From Propionibacteriaceae bacterium (GTDB lineage Bacteria; Actinomycetota; Actinomycetes; Propionibacteriales; Propionibacteriaceae), in contig JAUNKK010000006.1 in NCBI GenBank assembly GCA_030532825.1, positions 6,938 through 70,937 of the forward strand: DNA of 64,000 nt. The letters are read 5' to 3'. Shown one piece after another: positions 49,611 through 58,901 of the stretch; the stretch's first letter is position 1; every line of letters starts with the position of its first letter. The translations under genes and the position numbers were made by a program. Under the pieces are notes generated by a model, which saw only the letters and a program-made list of their open reading frames with translations, was not told where the DNA came from and ran no database searches.

Positions 49611-49778
49611 TCCCGAGGTCGCCTCGCCGTAGAGTCGATTCCCTCCGGGCCTGCGCTGAACACGCAGAATCGCAGCTGTGGATAACCCTGCGGATAACTC
49701 GAAGAAAAGACGACTATCCGAACTTTCGAAACCGACCTAGCGTCACAACCCGGCCGACTCACCCCCGTCGGGCAGGCA

Positions 49779-50423
49779 CTATCGGGCAGCAGCTACGCGG
49801 ATGGCGCGCGTTCCCGCCACTCCGGGGGCGGCGCGCACGTGCAGGATCGTCGCGGTGAGCCTCGAACGCTCCAGCAGTCTGTGGGCATCGCGGATCTCAT
49901 CCTCGGCGCTGGCCCCTTTCAAGGCCAACAGACCGCCCTGTGGATAAAACAGTGGAATAGTCCATTTCAGGAGCTTCTCCAATGGGGCGACGGCGCGGCA
50001 GGTGACGACGTCGAACACCTCGTCGCAATCCTCAGCCCGAATGCGCTCGACTCGCACGCGGTCGCCAAGCCCTAGCTCTTCGACGGCCTGGTTGAGGAAG
50101 TTGTAACGTCGCAGCAGCGGTTCGAGCAGCGTGAAGCGCAGGTCCGGCCGACAGATCGCCAGCGGTAGGCCGGGTAGTCCAGCGCCGGAGCCGACGTCAG
50201 CGACGTCGAGGCCTTGACCGATGACATCTACCAGCGCCAGCGAATTGGAGATATGTCGTCCCCAGATCTTGTCGCTTTCACGGGGTCCCAGCAGGCCCCA
50301 CTCGATGCCTCGGGTCCGTAAGATCTCCGCGTAGGCATCCAGCGCGGCGGCCCCTTCCGGGAATCGACGGCGCAACTCGTCGCTCACGGCATAGCCTCCC
50401 ATCAACCTCGCCAACCGGATCAC
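49779..50423 (-). CDS. rsmG: 16S rRNA (guanine527-N7)-methyltransferase
   Basis: 214 aa with SAM-binding 'VADVGSGAGLPGLPLAI'. Conserved origin-region synteny. Confidence 0.9.
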   Translation of the reverse strand: MIRLARLMGGYAVSDELRRRFPEGAAALDAYAEILRTRGIEWGLLGPRESDKIWGRHISNSLALVDVIGQGLDVADVGSGAGLPGLPLAICRPDLRFTLLEPLLRRYNFLNQAVEELGLGDRVRVERIRAEDCDEVFDVVTCRAVAPLEKLLKWTIPLFYPQGGLLALKGASAEDEIRDAHRLLERSRLTATILHVRAAPGVAGTRAIRVAAAR

Positions 50424-50607
50424 GTACCCATGTAGCCCGACTGCAGGCGCTGACTGTCGAGGCCCCCGCCCTGACGTCGCGAGTCTGCCAGCGTCAGGGA
50501 TCGGGCTTCAGCAGAACTCGATCCCTGTCGTACGTGGGGTCCCTTCGGCGTTTGGCCAGCGTCAGGCTTCGGTTTCCGACCGGCTCCTGCTACATGCGTG
50601 TCTGCCG

Positions 50608-51129
50608 TCAGTCCTCGGCCTTCTTGGACACCACGACGCGCCGGAACGGCGGCTCGCCCTCCGACTCGCTGGTCAGGCCGGCGGCCGCCACCTCATCGTG
50701 GATGATCTTGCGCTCGTAGGGGTTGAGCGGCGCCATGCGCACCGGCTCCCCGCTTTCGCTGACCTCCGCAATCGCATCCTTAGCCAACGCCACCAGCTCC
50801 AACCGTCGCTTCTCGCGGAACCCGCCGATGTCCAGCGTCAGCCGCGAACGCTGCCCCGTCTCGGTCACCACGACGAGACGCGACAACTCCTGCAAAGCCT
50901 CCAAGACCTCGCCGTCCTTGCCGACGAGCCTGTCGTCGTCGGTGTCGATGGCGACGTGCGCGCGCCCAGCCGACACCGAGTTCTCGATGTCGCCATCCAG
51001 GTCGGCGATGTCCAGTAATTCTTCGAGGTAGTCCGCTACCAGATCGCCCTCGGCCAGCAGCGTCTCGTTGTCCTTCTCTTCACTCATGCCAGTCTCCGAT
51101 TCAACAGCCCCAACCAGGGCAAAGGTCAT
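50608..51129 (-). CDS. jag: Jag/KhpB-family R3H-domain RNA-binding protein
   Basis: KH-like and R3H regions ('NPYERKIIHDEVAAAGLTSESEGEPPFRRVVV'). ATGA overlap with the yidC stop. Confidence 0.85.
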   Translation of the reverse strand: MTFALVGAVESETGMSEEKDNETLLAEGDLVADYLEELLDIADLDGDIENSVSAGRAHVAIDTDDDRLVGKDGEVLEALQELSRLVVVTETGQRSRLTLDIGGFREKRRLELVALAKDAIAEVSESGEPVRMAPLNPYERKIIHDEVAAAGLTSESEGEPPFRRVVVSKKAED

Positions 51130-52208
51130 TTCTTCTTCCGCGCCTTGCGCGAGGTGTGCTTGGGCTGACGACGCACCACCGTCTTACCGGAGTCCTCGCT
51201 GGTGTCCCGGACCGTCGTGCGTGCCACCTGCTGTCGCGCCACCTTGCGGCGCCCGTTCTCGTCCGTTTCGACATTCTGCGCGGGTGCGGGACGCTTGATC
51301 TTGCGACGCTTAGCTACGCGCGCGGCGTAGATCGCATCGGGGTCCTTGCCCTGGGCGCGCATCCGCTCCTCCCATTCGATGAAGGCGGGCGTGTTCGGCG
51401 CCGGGTTATTACGGATGAGAAGCCACTGCTGGCACATGGTCCAGATGTTGCTAGTCAACCAGTAGATGAGCACACCGATCGGGATGACCACCGACGAGAA
51501 GGCGTACATCAACGGGAAGAGGTACAGCATCAGCTTCTGGGTCTGCGCCATTTGCCCCGTCTGGGCCTCCGGCGGCATGTTCTTACCCATGTTCTGCAGC
51601 TGGGTGGCGACCAGGGTCAGCACCATCAGCACCACCAGTGCGATGCCGGCGATCTGAGTGATGCCGAATGGCGTCAGTGGGAAGATTCGCCGCGAGAGAC
51701 CGACGCCCCACAGTTCAGCGTTCTGCAGCGACGTCACGAGCTCGGGGTTGGCTCTGAAGAAATACCCGCGGACTTGGTTGTCTGCGACACCTTGCAGCAC
51801 CCGGAACAGCGACAGCAGCACTGGCGCCTGCAGCAGCATCGGGAAGCAGGAGGCCATCGGGTTGACCCCCTCTTCCGCATAGAGCTTCTGCATCTCGCGG
51901 GCCACCCGCTCGCGGTCGCCGCCGTACTTCTTCTGCAGCTCCTGAAGCTTCGGCTGCAGCAACTGCATGGCCCGAGCGGAGTTGATCTGCTTCACGAACA
52001 GCGGGATCATCAGGGTCCGCACCACCAGCGTCAGGCACACGATGGCCAGCGCCCAGGAGATCCCGGAGTCTTTGCCGAATATCGGACTCCATAGCGTGTG
52101 GAACAGCACCACCATCCCTGATACTGCCCAGTACAGGGGCTGCATCATCGCGGACAGCACACCGTAAATGCTGTCCCAGATAGACAGGGACACCAACAGG
52201 TCGATCAT
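51126..52208 (-). CDS. yidC: Membrane protein insertase YidC
   Basis: 360 aa with 5 TM helices of the Oxa1/YidC core. Basic C-terminal tail 'RRQPKHTSRKARKKK'. Confidence 0.9.
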   Translation of the reverse strand: MIDLLVSLSIWDSIYGVLSAMMQPLYWAVSGMVVLFHTLWSPIFGKDSGISWALAIVCLTLVVRTLMIPLFVKQINSARAMQLLQPKLQELQKKYGGDRERVAREMQKLYAEEGVNPMASCFPMLLQAPVLLSLFRVLQGVADNQVRGYFFRANPELVTSLQNAELWGVGLSRRIFPLTPFGITQIAGIALVVLMVLTLVATQLQNMGKNMPPEAQTGQMAQTQKLMLYLFPLMYAFSSVVIPIGVLIYWLTSNIWTMCQQWLLIRNNPAPNTPAFIEWEERMRAQGKDPDAIYAARVAKRRKIKRPAPAQNVETDENGRRKVARQQVARTTVRDTSEDSGKTVVRRQPKHTSRKARKKK

Positions 52209-52496
52209 CTAGGACACCTTCTGCCCGGCGGACTCCCGGGCCTCCATTTCTTGCTCCCGAGCCCAGTCGGCGGCCTCGGGAGTTCCAGGTACATATTCGA
52301 TTCCGCCCATGGACCACGGGTGGCAGCGCACGATCCGGTGCACCGTCAAGGCCGCCCCCTTGAGGCCCCCATGGAACTCGACGGCTCGCTCCCCATAGGC
52401 GGAGCAGGTTGGATGAAACTTGCAGACGTTCCCGTACAGCGGGGATACGAACCTGCGCCAGCCCCGGATAAACCACAGCAACGGATACTTCAGCAC
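52209..52496 (-). CDS. yidD: Membrane protein insertion efficiency factor YidD
   Basis: '[31 protein letters not shown]' is the YidD signature. Confidence 0.85.
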   Translation of the reverse strand: MLKYPLLWFIRGWRRFVSPLYGNVCKFHPTCSAYGERAVEFHGGLKGAALTVHRIVRCHPWSMGGIEYVPGTPEAADWAREQEMEARESAGQKVS

Positions 52497-52849
52497 GTCG
52501 CCCGTTTACCCATCGCCTTGTCGAAGGCTCGTCCCCACGCGGACTGGAGGTCCGAAACCAAACGGCCGGGCTCCGTCGCAGCCGGGGGCAGAGCCCGCAC
52601 CACGATGTCCGCCGCCGCGGGGCTGGGCAGCCCGATCACGAGGTGCCGCAAGCGGCGTTTGACGCGATTGCGCACAACAGCATTACCGACGGCCTTGGAC
52701 ACAACAAAACCCACCCGAGTCGCCTCGGATGGATCGTCTCGACCGACGGCTACGTGCACTACCACACTGGGGCTACCGGCCCGCGAGCCCTGACGGAAGG
52801 TCGCGGTGAAGTCACCGGAGCGACGGAGCCGCCGGGCGCGGGGCAGCAC
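52490..52849 (-). CDS. rnpA: Ribonuclease P protein component
   Basis: GTG start '[18 protein letters not shown]' chosen 8 nt after the rpmH stop. RnpA 'RLRRSxDF' motif. 119 aa. Confidence 0.8.
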   Translation of the reverse strand: MLPRARRLRRSGDFTATFRQGSRAGSPSVVVHVAVGRDDPSEATRVGFVVSKAVGNAVVRNRVKRRLRHLVIGLPSPAAADIVVRALPPAATEPGRLVSDLQSAWGRAFDKAMGKRATC

Positions 52850-52856
52850 AACCGGT

Positions 52857-52994
52857 TCAGGCGGATAGTTCCACGCGACCCTTGCGACGCCGGGCACTCA
52901 GGATGGCGCGGCCAGCGCGGGTCCGCATGCGGGTACGGAAGCCGTGCGTGCGGCTGCGGCGGCGGTTGCTCGGCTGAAAAGTGCGCTTGCTCAT
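52857..52994 (-). CDS. rpmH: 50S ribosomal protein L34
   Basis: '[45 protein letters not shown]', 45 aa. The remainder of the 248-aa track ORF is antisense noise. Confidence 0.9.
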   Translation of the reverse strand: MSKRTFQPSNRRRSRTHGFRTRMRTRAGRAILSARRRKGRVELSA

Positions 52995-52999
52995 GACGA

Positions 53000-53346
53000 T
53001 GACTCCGTTAGTGATTTCGAACTCAGGGCCCGCGAGGGCAACCGCACCCACGGGCAGCGGCTGTCCAACGATACGTGGTGATACGCGATTTCCACAAACC
53101 ATCCCCGCCAGCAGCGGTGCGGACACCCTGCCTGTGTAAATCACACCGTTGTAAGTCCAATCGGACGGCATAGCCACCTTGCGGAACCCCTGTTTGGGCA
53201 CTAGTTTTCGGGAGGTACGCGGCTGCTTATCCACAGTGACCGGGGGCCGCCGTCCTTGGTGGGGGGAGTTATACCCTGCTGTGGACAACTGTGTGGAAAT
53301 CGAGCCTAGCTGGGATAAAACGGCTAGTGAGGGGAAGGAGTCGCTC
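53000..53346. promoter_or_regulatory. rpmH-dnaA intergenic region with DnaA boxes (dnaA promoter/autoregulatory region; possible left part of oriC)
   Basis: 9-mers ATTTCCACA (53088-53096), TTATCCACA (53227-53235), TGTGGACAA (53280-53288; reverse complement of the actinobacterial TTGTCCACA) and TGTGGAAAT (53292-53300). Confidence 0.5.
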
Positions 53347-54717
53347 GTGTCCGTGTCTCCCACGTCCGATCTGGACGCCTTGTGGGAGCAGGTCGTGAGC
53401 GAGGTTCCGATCTCGTCCCGCGCCTGGCTCAGACGCACCAAGCCCATCGCCGTCCACGGCAGCACCCTGATGCTCGCCGTCGCCGACGAGACCACCCGTG
53501 AACGCATTGAGTCGAAGCTACGCACCGAGATCGAGTCGAAACTGAGCCTGGCTACGGGATACAGCACGTATCTGGCGTTCATGATCGATGACTCACTCCG
53601 CATCGAGGTAACCCCCCAGCCCCCTGCCGGGCCGCAGGCATCGCTGTTCGACGAGGACGCGCGGCAGCATCGTTCCGCGAACCCGAACGCTGATCTGAAG
53701 CTGAATCCCCGCTACACCTTCGAGTCTTTCGTCGCTGGCTCCTCCAATCGATTCGCGCATGCCGCCGCAGCCGCCGTCGCAGAACAACCCGGCAAGGCTT
53801 ACAACCCTTTGATGATCTACGGCCCCTCCGGCCTGGGGAAAACGCACCTGCTGCACGCCATCGGGCACTACGTGCACAGCTACTACGACACGCTGCGGGT
53901 GCGCTACGTCTCGACGGAGGAGCTCACCAACGACTTCATCAACGCGATCTCGGACAACCGCACCGCTGAGTTCCGGCGCGCGTACCGAGACGTCGACGTG
54001 CTGCTGGTCGACGACATCCAGTTCTTGGAAGCGAAAATCCAGACCCAGGAAGAGTTCTTCCACACCTTTAACACGCTGCACAATGCGCAAAAACAGATCG
54101 TGATGTCCTCCGATCGCCCGCCGAAGCTCTTGGAGGCGCTAGAGCCTCGGCTCCGGTCGCGCTTCGAGTGGGGCCTGATGACCGACATCCAGCCCCCCGA
54201 CCTGGAGACGCGCATCGCGATTCTGCGCAAAAAAGCCGCATGGCAGCGGTTGACCGCGGGCACGGAGGTGCTGGAACTCATTGCCTCCAAGATCCCCACG
54301 AACATTCGAGAGTTGGAGGGCGCGCTGACGCGGGTCGCGGCGCTGGCCAGCCTCAACCAGCAAGAAATCACCATTGCGCTGACCGAACAGGTGCTCCTCG
54401 ACCTGATGCCCGAAGGCACCGGTGTCCAGGTCGACGCCGATTCCATCATCGAGGCCACCTGCGCATACTTCGGCATCTCCGCTGAGGACCTGACGGGAGC
54501 CAGCCGCGTAGCCGCCCTCGCGCGCGCCCGGCAGATCGCGATGTATCTGTGTCGGGAACTCACCGACCTGTCGCTGCCGAAGATCGGTTCCCGGTTCGGC
54601 GGTCGCGACCACACCACCGTCATGCATTCCGTGCGCAAGATCGACAGCAAGATGGGCGAAGATCGCCAGTTATTCGACCAGGTGACTGAGCTCACCAACC
54701 GCATCAAGCAGAACTGA
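53347..54717 (+). CDS. dnaA: Chromosomal replication initiator protein DnaA
   Basis: GTG start at '[16 protein letters not shown]' with GGAAGGAG RBS. AAA+ Walker A '[11 protein letters not shown]', Walker B 'LLVDDIQF', box VII and C-terminal DNA-binding '[11 protein letters not shown]'. 456 aa. Confidence 0.9.
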   Translation: MSVSPTSDLDALWEQVVSEVPISSRAWLRRTKPIAVHGSTLMLAVADETTRERIESKLRTEIESKLSLATGYSTYLAFMIDDSLRIEVTPQPPAGPQASLFDEDARQHRSANPNADLKLNPRYTFESFVAGSSNRFAHAAAAAVAEQPGKAYNPLMIYGPSGLGKTHLLHAIGHYVHSYYDTLRVRYVSTEELTNDFINAISDNRTAEFRRAYRDVDVLLVDDIQFLEAKIQTQEEFFHTFNTLHNAQKQIVMSSDRPPKLLEALEPRLRSRFEWGLMTDIQPPDLETRIAILRKKAAWQRLTAGTEVLELIASKIPTNIRELEGALTRVAALASLNQQEITIALTEQVLLDLMPEGTGVQVDADSIIEATCAYFGISAEDLTGASRVAALARARQIAMYLCRELTDLSLPKIGSRFGGRDHTTVMHSVRKIDSKMGEDRQLFDQVTELTNRIKQN

Positions 54718-55086
54718 TCCCTGAACCCTGATCACCTCCGCAGCGTCCCGGCCTAGCTGGGACCCTGCTGCGTCGCGATGCCATCGCGCCACGGTGAGGC
54801 GTTCGCGCAGCGTGTGTTGTCCACAGGTGCTGTGTGATGACCGTGGATTCGTCAGTGAACGGCTGAAGTCCCCGGACTATCCCACAAATCCTCCCCGTGT
54901 AGTTTTCGACCCTTCCACAGCCCTTCCACACCCCGAATCGAACTCTGACTAGGGGTTTTAATCATTATCCACAGGATCCACAGGCGTTACTACGGATACT
55001 AAGATGTAATTACATCAAGTTCTTCAAACTCACGGCACGCGGAACTGTGGAAGCCATCCACCTGAGGTTCCGGGTAGCTTGAAGTC
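54718..55086. other. oriC: oriC candidate: DnaA-box cluster plus AT-rich unwinding stretch immediately downstream of dnaA
   Basis: At least 9 DnaA-box-like 9-mers: TTGTCCACA 54817-25, TATCCCACA 54878-86, CTTCCACAG 54912-20, CTTCCACAC 54923-31, TTATCCACA 54965-73, GGATCCACA 54974-82, TGTGGAAGC 55046-54, CCATCCACC 55054-62. AT-rich 'tactaagatgtaattacatcaagttcttcaaactc' lies at ~54996-55030. Confidence 0.6.
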
Positions 55087-56208
55087 GTGACGATTGCAGC
55101 CCGCGCAGTAAAGCTACGGAAGACCTACGGCTCTGGGTCGACACAAGTGGTTGCCCTAGACGATGTGGACTTCGAGGTCACCAACGGAGAGTTCGCTGCC
55201 ATCATGGGCCCCTCGGGTTCAGGCAAGTCGACGTTGATGCATCTGCTGGCTGCCCTTGACTCCCCCACATCGGGATCCGTGTTCATCGGAGACGTGGACA
55301 CAGCAACCTTGCGGGATACGCCGTTGACGAAGCTGCGCCGCGAACGCATCGGCTTCGTCTTCCAAGCCTTCAACTTGGTGCCAACGCTGACGGCCAAGGA
55401 GAACATCGTGCTGCCCGTGACGATCGCGGGCAAACGCGTCGACCAGCAGTGGTTTGACCGTATTGTCGCGGTACTTGGCTTAGGTTCGCGCCTTAACCAC
55501 AAACCCGCTGAACTGTCGGGTGGCCAGCAGCAGCGCGTCGCCTGCGCCAGAGCCCTCATGAACCGACCCGACATTGTCTTCGCGGACGAACCCACGGGCA
55601 ACCTCGATTCCACCTCCGCCGCCGAGGTGCTGGACTTCCTGCGGCGCAGCGTCGACGAGTTTGGCCAGACGGTGGTGATGGTCACTCACGACGCCCTAGC
55701 CGCCAGCTACGCCGATCGTGCCGTCTTTATCTCCGACGGCCGCATCGTCGAAGAAATCCGCGGGGCAACGCAGGAGGACCTGCTGCATGCTGTATCACGC
55801 ATCTACCCGAGGCAGCGTGCCACCGCGCCTCTGGTGGCCGCATCGTCGCCCGAGACTCCGGCACGGCAAACGCCGATGCGCCAGGCCTCGGCGCCTTCCC
55901 CCAGCAATGACTCTCCTCCGGCTGACCCCGAGCCACCCGCAGCCGACCATGTGTTCTTTGCGCGTCCCGGTGATGAGTCGCCCGTATCGACACCGTCGCC
56001 TCCTGTCCTGCCGGAACGCGACGACACGCAGGATCAAGCGACCCCCACTCGGTCTGACCGGGGAGATTCCATCGCCGGTCAGATCACGCCATCCAGGCCA
56101 GAACGCACGGTGTTCCGCGACGGCGGGTTCGAGCCCTCGCATCTAAGCCCCGACGACGCTGTGCCCGAGGTCGAATCCACCGCGGCTCGCCGCGCCCTCT
56201 TGGAGTGA
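55087..56208 (+). CDS. ABC transporter ATP-binding protein (MacB/LolD-type) with ~130-aa Pro/Ser/Ala-rich disordered C-terminal tail
   Basis: GTG start. Walker A 'GPSGSGKST', signature 'LSGGQQQRVA', Walker B 'IVFADEPTGNLD'. The tail 'RQRATAPLVAASSPETPARQTPMRQASAPSPSNDSPPADPEPPAADH...' is low-complexity. Confidence 0.85.
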   Translation: MTIAARAVKLRKTYGSGSTQVVALDDVDFEVTNGEFAAIMGPSGSGKSTLMHLLAALDSPTSGSVFIGDVDTATLRDTPLTKLRRERIGFVFQAFNLVPTLTAKENIVLPVTIAGKRVDQQWFDRIVAVLGLGSRLNHKPAELSGGQQQRVACARALMNRPDIVFADEPTGNLDSTSAAEVLDFLRRSVDEFGQTVVMVTHDALAASYADRAVFISDGRIVEEIRGATQEDLLHAVSRIYPRQRATAPLVAASSPETPARQTPMRQASAPSPSNDSPPADPEPPAADHVFFARPGDESPVSTPSPPVLPERDDTQDQATPTRSDRGDSIAGQITPSRPERTVFRDGGFEPSHLSPDDAVPEVESTAARRALLE

Positions 56209-56211
56209 GAC

Positions 56212-58758
56212 ATGCTGCGTGCTGCCTGGAAATCACTACTCGGCCGTAAGCTGCGGCTGCTGCTCAGCGCCTTGTCCATCGTGCTGGGCGTGGCCTTTGT
56301 TGCCGGATCGCTGATGTTCACCAACATGCTGAACTCCTCGTTCCAGCAGATCCTGAAATCGGCCCTAGGCGACGTTGTCGTTTCTAGCTCCGACGCCAGC
56401 AGCGTCACCCGGGGTATCTCCACGGCTCGGGTTCTTATCAGCCCGGAGACGTTGAACGAGATCACAGCGGTCGACGGGGTCGTCAAGGCTTCACCTGTGG
56501 TCAGCGCGAACGACCTATACGCCCTCGACAAGAACGATCGGGTCCTATCGCTCACGGGCACGCCTGGCATTGCCATCAATTACATCGATACCCCCGCTGT
56601 GGGTGGTCTGACCGGCGCCAGGATCATTGAGGGCCGCGTTCCGGAAGCCGACGATGAGGTAGCCATCGATCCCAGCACCCTGACGCGTGGGGGCTACAGC
56701 ATCGGTGAGACGCTGCGCATAGCTACGCCCGATGACGGCATCAAGGCCTACCGGATCGTCGGTACGGCGACCTTCGGGCAGGGCGCGACGGCCGGGGCGA
56801 CATACCAGTTCTTCACGTTGACGGAGATGCAGCGACTGGCGGTCGAGGGCGAGGACCTCTACACCTCGGTTTGGGTCCAAACCGATCAGTCACGCAACCA
56901 AGAAGTCATCCGGGCCGCTGTCGCCGAGGTGCTGCCCGAGGGCCTGAACGCCGCCTTGGGCGAAAAGCTTGCCGACGATGTGGAGCAACAGCTTGGCGCA
57001 AATTTGGGTTTCGTCAACATCTTCCTGCTGGTTTTTGCTGGTATCGCGCTGCTGGTGGCCTCCCTGCTGATTCTCAACACTTTCTCCATCCTGGTGGCGC
57101 AACGCAGTCGGGAACTTGCGTTGCTGCGCGCTATCGGCGCGAAACGCTCCCAGGTGATGCGTTCGGTGCTGCTGGAGGCCGCGATCGTCGGACTGCTGGG
57201 TGGGGTGCTTGGTGTCGGCGCCGGATACGGTCTGGTGTGGGGTCTTAACATCACGATGAGCCGATTCGGTATTGGCCTGGGTGAGGCACAGCCCGAACTG
57301 ACCTGGCAGATTGTCGTCACCAGCATTGTCCTGGCTCTACTGGTGACGGTGGTGGCGGCGATCGTCCCGGCTCGCAGGGCGTCGCGCACCCGTCCCGTCG
57401 AGGCGATGGCGCAAACTGAGTCGGAGGTGTCAGAGGCCCTGGGTCTGCCCGCTTGGTTTGGCCTGGCGCTGGTGCAGCTGGGGGCTGCCGTGCTGATTTG
57501 TGGGTTGTGGCTGGAGGTGCCGAAGCCGCTGTGGTGGGTGGGTGGTGGCGCCGCCGCGCTGCTGGTCGGGGTGGTGCTCGCCGCCGCGACCGTCGGGCAT
57601 CCGATCCTGTGGTTGGCGGGTGTCATCAACGGTGCGATGTTCAAGGAGATCGGCAAGTTAGCCACCCGTAACGCGTCCCGGCAGCCCCGTCGCACATCTG
57701 CGACGGCGGCGACACTGATGATCGGTCTAGCGCTGGTGTCCACCATCGCGATCCTGGCGCAGTCCACCACCACGTCCGTGCGCAACTCTCTCACGGAAAC
57801 CCAGCGTGGCGATTTCGTGTTGTCGTCGGTGAACTTCCGGTATTTCGCCGCCGACCTCGACCAGATTCAGGCGGTTCCGGGCATCGAATCGGTGTGGACG
57901 TATTCACAGGCGATGCTTGATCTTGGCCGGGAGCAGCCCGTGATGATCACCGGCACCTCACCGGAAGGTGTCACGGAGGGAAACGCTGTCAATGTGCTGG
58001 CAGGGCAGTTGAACTCGACGGGCGGGTCGGTGCTGATCGACTACCAGCTGTCTAAGGATCTCGATCTTCCGCTGGGCAAGACCTTCGAGGTGCCGGGACT
58101 CGACGGTGCCCCCGTCGAGTTGCTCGTCACGGGCATTATCGACGGCGAGAATGCCCCGCCGCCGCTGGCCAAGATGGTTACCAACCAAGAGACCTTCGAC
58201 AGGGTCGGGAACCCCACGCGTTTCGCCATGATCAAGGTCAGCGTTGCGGAGGGGGCTGATGCGAACAGCGTCCGGCAGGGCCTGCTCGACGCCACCGCCG
58301 ACCAGCCGACGGTGGTCGTCACCGACAACGCCGAATACGCCAACGCGCGGGTGGCGCAGTTCAATACGCTGTTCGCCATCATCTACGCCCTGCTAGCCCT
58401 GGGGGTCATCATCTCTGCGCTGGGCATCGTCAACACCCTTGGGTTGTCGGTCATGGAGCGCACCCGTGAGATTGGTTTGCTGCGTGCCGTCGGCCTCACC
58501 CGGCGGCAGTTGCGGCGCATGGTGCGGCTGGAGGCAGTGGTGATCGCGGTACTTGGGTCGCTGTTGGGTGTGGTATTGGGTCTGGTGTTCGGCTATGCGC
58601 TGGTGACGGTGCTGCCCGATATCCCCATCCTGGCCATTCCGTGGTGGCAGCTAGCGGCCTTCGTTGCCGCGGCGGCGATCGTCGGGGTGATTTCTGCCAT
58701 CGGCCCGGCCCGTCGCGCCGCCCGCATGAACGTGCTGACCGCGGTCGCCGCCGAGTGA
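56212..58758 (+). CDS. ABC transporter permease with two FtsX/MacB-like 4-TM domains
   Basis: 848 aa. Two blocks of 4 TM helices, each preceded by a large extracytoplasmic domain. The FtsX-family C-terminal motif 'GLLRAVGLTRRQLRRMV' is present, with an internal counterpart. Confidence 0.85.
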   Translation: MLRAAWKSLLGRKLRLLLSALSIVLGVAFVAGSLMFTNMLNSSFQQILKSALGDVVVSSSDASSVTRGISTARVLISPETLNEITAVDGVVKASPVVSANDLYALDKNDRVLSLTGTPGIAINYIDTPAVGGLTGARIIEGRVPEADDEVAIDPSTLTRGGYSIGETLRIATPDDGIKAYRIVGTATFGQGATAGATYQFFTLTEMQRLAVEGEDLYTSVWVQTDQSRNQEVIRAAVAEVLPEGLNAALGEKLADDVEQQLGANLGFVNIFLLVFAGIALLVASLLILNTFSILVAQRSRELALLRAIGAKRSQVMRSVLLEAAIVGLLGGVLGVGAGYGLVWGLNITMSRFGIGLGEAQPELTWQIVVTSIVLALLVTVVAAIVPARRASRTRPVEAMAQTESEVSEALGLPAWFGLALVQLGAAVLICGLWLEVPKPLWWVGGGAAALLVGVVLAAATVGHPILWLAGVINGAMFKEIGKLATRNASRQPRRTSATAATLMIGLALVSTIAILAQSTTTSVRNSLTETQRGDFVLSSVNFRYFAADLDQIQAVPGIESVWTYSQAMLDLGREQPVMITGTSPEGVTEGNAVNVLAGQLNSTGGSVLIDYQLSKDLDLPLGKTFEVPGLDGAPVELLVTGIIDGENAPPPLAKMVTNQETFDRVGNPTRFAMIKVSVAEGADANSVRQGLLDATADQPTVVVTDNAEYANARVAQFNTLFAIIYALLALGVIISALGIVNTLGLSVMERTREIGLLRAVGLTRRQLRRMVRLEAVVIAVLGSLLGVVLGLVFGYALVTVLPDIPILAIPWWQLAAFVAAAAIVGVISAIGPARRAARMNVLTAVAAE

Positions 58759-58901
58759 TACTCCTTGGGATGGGCTCGGGTATGGCTCGCTGGATTGAAT
58801 CCTTCTGGAGAGGCCTTTAATCCGCCTCGGACAGCAGGGTTACCGGTATGCTGACAAGCGACCACGCCGTGGTGGCTGGTATCAGACGCGAAGGGGATGA
58901 A

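Noticed and set aside
53179-53346. ATG at 53179 as dnaA start (512-aa version)
   Set aside because: The 168-nt extension runs through the DnaA-box cluster and translates poorly. The GTG at 53347 has a GGAAGGAG RBS and gives a typical DnaA N-terminus.
52857-53603. 248-aa minus-strand ORF containing rpmH
   Set aside because: Only the last 45 codons (MSKRTFQPS...) are the universally conserved L34. The remainder is antisense to the dnaA 5' region and promoter.
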